From: Candidatus Eiseniibacteriota bacterium
GTDB taxonomy: Bacteria > Eisenbacteria > RBG-16-71-46 > CAZEPH01
Direction: 5' to 3'
Assembly: GCA_044229145.1 (NCBI GenBank)
Contig: JBGATO010000104.1
Coordinates: 1 to 11,124 of the forward strand
Length of the DNA: 11,124 nt
Positions 8,930 to 11,124 of this stretch are shown piece after piece (the stretch's first letter is position 1; every line of letters begins with the position of its first letter). The position numbers and the translations under genes were made by a program. The notes beneath the pieces are model-generated. The model saw nothing but the letters and a program-made list of their open reading frames with translations, was not told the origin of the DNA and made no database searches.

Positions 8930-9973
8930 ATGCCCACACCTCTCGCGCGGGTGACCTCCGACACGGTCGACGTCGCGGTCATCGGCTACGGCTACTGGGG
9001 CCCCAATCTGGTCCGCAACATGGCCGGGCTCGACTCGGTCCGCCTGCGGGCCATCTGCGACCTGGTGCCGGCCGCCCGCGCCCGGGCGCAGGAGAAGTAC
9101 CCAGATGTGCCGGTCGTCGACGACGTCGATGCCCTGCTCGCCGACCCGTCGATCCACGCGGTGGTGATCGCCACCCCGGCTGCCACCCACAAGGGACTGG
9201 CGCTCAAGGCGCTCGAGGCCGGCAAGCACGTCCTGGTGGAGAAGCCGCTGACCACCACGGTTGCCGATGCGCGCGAGCTGCTCGCCGCCGCCGAGGCGCG
9301 CGGCCTGGTGTGCGCGGTCGGCCACACCTTCTTGCACACCGGTCCGGTGCGCGCCGCGCGGGCCGCGGTGGCGGGCGGCAAGATCGGCCGCGTCATGGCG
9401 GTCACCAGCCGCCGCGAGAACCTCGGGCTCCACCGCCTCGACGCCAACGTGATCTGGGACCTCATGCCGCACGACGTGTCGATCCTGATGCACGTGGTCG
9501 GCACCCCGGTGGTGCGCGCTGCCGCGACCGGTGTCGAGTCGTTGATCCCCAATCTCACCGACATCGCCAACTGCACGCTCGAATTCGAGGGCGGCACCAA
9601 GGCGTTCATCGTCGTGAGCTGGCTCGGACACCGCAAGGTGCGCGAGATGGCGTTCATCGGCTCCGACGGCGTCCTGATCTACGACGACAACGAACCCGAA
9701 GAGAAGCTGCGGTGGAGCGACCGCGGCGCCGAGGTGCAGTCCAACGACGGCGGCCGTCCAACCGTGCGCTACCGCGAAGGCTCGCCGGTGCCGATCGAGT
9801 GGGACAAGACCGAAGCCCTGCGCGCACTCTGCGCCAATTTTGTCGAGGCGACCCAAGGCCGCACGACGCCCGTCAGCGACGGACGCGCCGGCCTCGACGT
9901 GGTCGCGGTGATGGAAGCTCTGGAACGCTCGCGGATGGCGGGCGGCCGATTCGAGGAGGTCGAGCATGTCTGA
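8930..9973 (+). CDS. Gfo/Idh/MocA-family NAD(P)-dependent oxidoreductase, probable nucleotide-sugar dehydrogenase, 347 aa
   Basis: Start re-called at ATG 8930 (GGAG upstream). Rossmann 'VAVIGYGYWG', 'IATP..TH', 'HVLVEKP', 'VGHTF', 'VIWDLMPHD'. Overlaps the next gene by 8 nt. Confidence 0.92.
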   Translation: MPTPLARVTSDTVDVAVIGYGYWGPNLVRNMAGLDSVRLRAICDLVPAARARAQEKYPDVPVVDDVDALLADPSIHAVVIATPAATHKGLALKALEAGKHVLVEKPLTTTVADARELLAAAEARGLVCAVGHTFLHTGPVRAARAAVAGGKIGRVMAVTSRRENLGLHRLDANVIWDLMPHDVSILMHVVGTPVVRAAATGVESLIPNLTDIANCTLEFEGGTKAFIVVSWLGHRKVREMAFIGSDGVLIYDDNEPEEKLRWSDRGAEVQSNDGGRPTVRYREGSPVPIEWDKTEALRALCANFVEATQGRTTPVSDGRAGLDVVAVMEALERSRMAGGRFEEVEHV

Positions 9974-11099
9974 TACGTCCGCCCCGGCGCGCAAGGTGCC
10001 GTGGACCAGTCTCACGGTGCAGCACGCCGCGCTCAAGGCGCAGATCCTCGACACCATCGGCCAAATCCTCGATTCCGGCATGTACGTCGCCGGGCCGCAC
10101 ATCCACAAGTTCGAGGAGTTGTTCGCGGCGCATGAGGGCGGCACGCACGCGCTGGCGGTGAGCAATGGCACGGTGGCGCTCGAAGTCGCGATGTTCGCGT
10201 ACGGCATCGGCGCCGGCGATGAGGTCATCACGCAGCCAAACTCGTTCTTCGCGACCAGCGAGGCGATCCTGTTGCGCGGCGCGACGCCGGTGTACGTCGA
10301 CATCGACCCGGCCACCTACACGATCGACGTGACCAAGATCGAAGCGGCGATCACGCCGAAGACCAAGGCGATCGTGCCGGTGCACCTGTACGGCTTGCCG
10401 GCCAACATGCCGGAGATCCGCCGCATCGCCGACAAGCACGGCTTGAAGGTCATCGCCGACTCGTGCCAGGCGCACGGCGGCACCATCAACGGCAAGCCGC
10501 ACACCGCGTGGGCGGACGCCACCGGCTACTCGTTCTACCCGACCAAGAACCTCGGCACGGTGGGCGAGGGCGGCGGCATCGTCTCGAGCGACGACGCGGC
10601 CGTCGCGGTGATGAAGACCTACCGCGACCACGGCATGGCGCAGAAGAACGTGCACGCGACGCTCGGCGGCAACTCGCGGTTGAGCGAGATCCAGGGCGCG
10701 ATCCTCGAGATCAAGATGCCGCACTTGGACGGCTGGATCGCCAAGCGGCGTGAGTTCGCGGCGATGTACGACACGCTGCTCGCCGGCGCCAAGGACATCA
10801 CGCTGCCGGTGACGCCGGACGGCTACACGCACGTCTACCACCTCTACATCATCCGCCACCCGAAGCGCGATGCGCTGGCGGCGGCCATCGGCGCGCGCGG
10901 CGTGTCGTGGTCGATCCACTACCCGGGCGCCAACCACCTGCAGGGCGCGGTGGCGCACTTGGGCTACAAGGCCGGCGACTTCCCGCACACCGAGCGTGCG
11001 GTGAACGAAATCCTCACCATCCCGCTGTTCCCGGAGATGACGAAGGACGACGTCGAATACTGCGCCGCCGTCATTCGCGAAGAAGCCGCGAAGCTGTAG
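9966..11099 (+). CDS. DegT/DnrJ/EryC1/StrS-family PLP-dependent sugar aminotransferase, 377 aa
   Basis: GAGGAGG RBS; 'SNGT.AL', 'GDEVI', 'PVYVDID', 'PVHLYG', 'DSCQAHG', PLP-Lys in 'SFYPTKNLG', 'N.RLSEIQ', 'IHYP', 'LTIPLFP'. Confidence 0.95.
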   Translation: MSDTSAPARKVPWTSLTVQHAALKAQILDTIGQILDSGMYVAGPHIHKFEELFAAHEGGTHALAVSNGTVALEVAMFAYGIGAGDEVITQPNSFFATSEAILLRGATPVYVDIDPATYTIDVTKIEAAITPKTKAIVPVHLYGLPANMPEIRRIADKHGLKVIADSCQAHGGTINGKPHTAWADATGYSFYPTKNLGTVGEGGGIVSSDDAAVAVMKTYRDHGMAQKNVHATLGGNSRLSEIQGAILEIKMPHLDGWIAKRREFAAMYDTLLAGAKDITLPVTPDGYTHVYHLYIIRHPKRDALAAAIGARGVSWSIHYPGANHLQGAVAHLGYKAGDFPHTERAVNEILTIPLFPEMTKDDVEYCAAVIREEAAKL

Positions 11100-11109
11100 A
11101 GGCGGGACG

Positions 11110-11124
11110 ATGAACCCGGGCGGG
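11110..11124 (+). CDS. Possible start of the next gene in the sugar operon (3'-truncated, product unknown)
   Basis: ATG 10 nt after the aminotransferase stop, preceded by purine-rich GAGGCGGGA. Only 5 codons are visible. Confidence 0.3.

Noticed and set aside
8912..10988. 467-aa and 371-aa minus-strand ORFs and other short alternative-frame ORFs
   Set aside because: Shadows of the well-supported oxidoreductase and aminotransferase genes, with no independent motifs.

Overview
GC-rich bacterial window with no mobile element, CRISPR array or RNA gene that I can support. From left to right: (1) the 3' end of a large secreted protein with CARDB-like Ig repeats and a FlgD-Ig/T9SS-like C-terminal domain (+). 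(2) A tightly coupled minus-strand operon in the non-canonical order E1beta-E2-E1alpha of a 2-oxoacid dehydrogenase, probably branched-chain. It has no E3 gene; the last gene is instead a cytokinin-dehydrogenase-like VAO-family flavoenzyme whose catalytic Asp appears to be replaced by Asn. (3) A minus-strand YfiR-family periplasmic protein and a CHASE8/HAMP hybrid histidine kinase with a Cys-rich pseudo-receiver and an intact receiver. (4) A 342-bp divergent intergenic region with a sigma70-like promoter, several hairpins and an operator-like palindrome. (5) The start of a plus-strand nucleotide-sugar cluster (Gfo/Idh/MocA oxidoreductase and DegT-family aminotransferase). The most unusual element is the permuted, E3-less dehydrogenase operon coupled to a CKX-like enzyme. 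All calls come from motif recognition by eye; no database searches were run.
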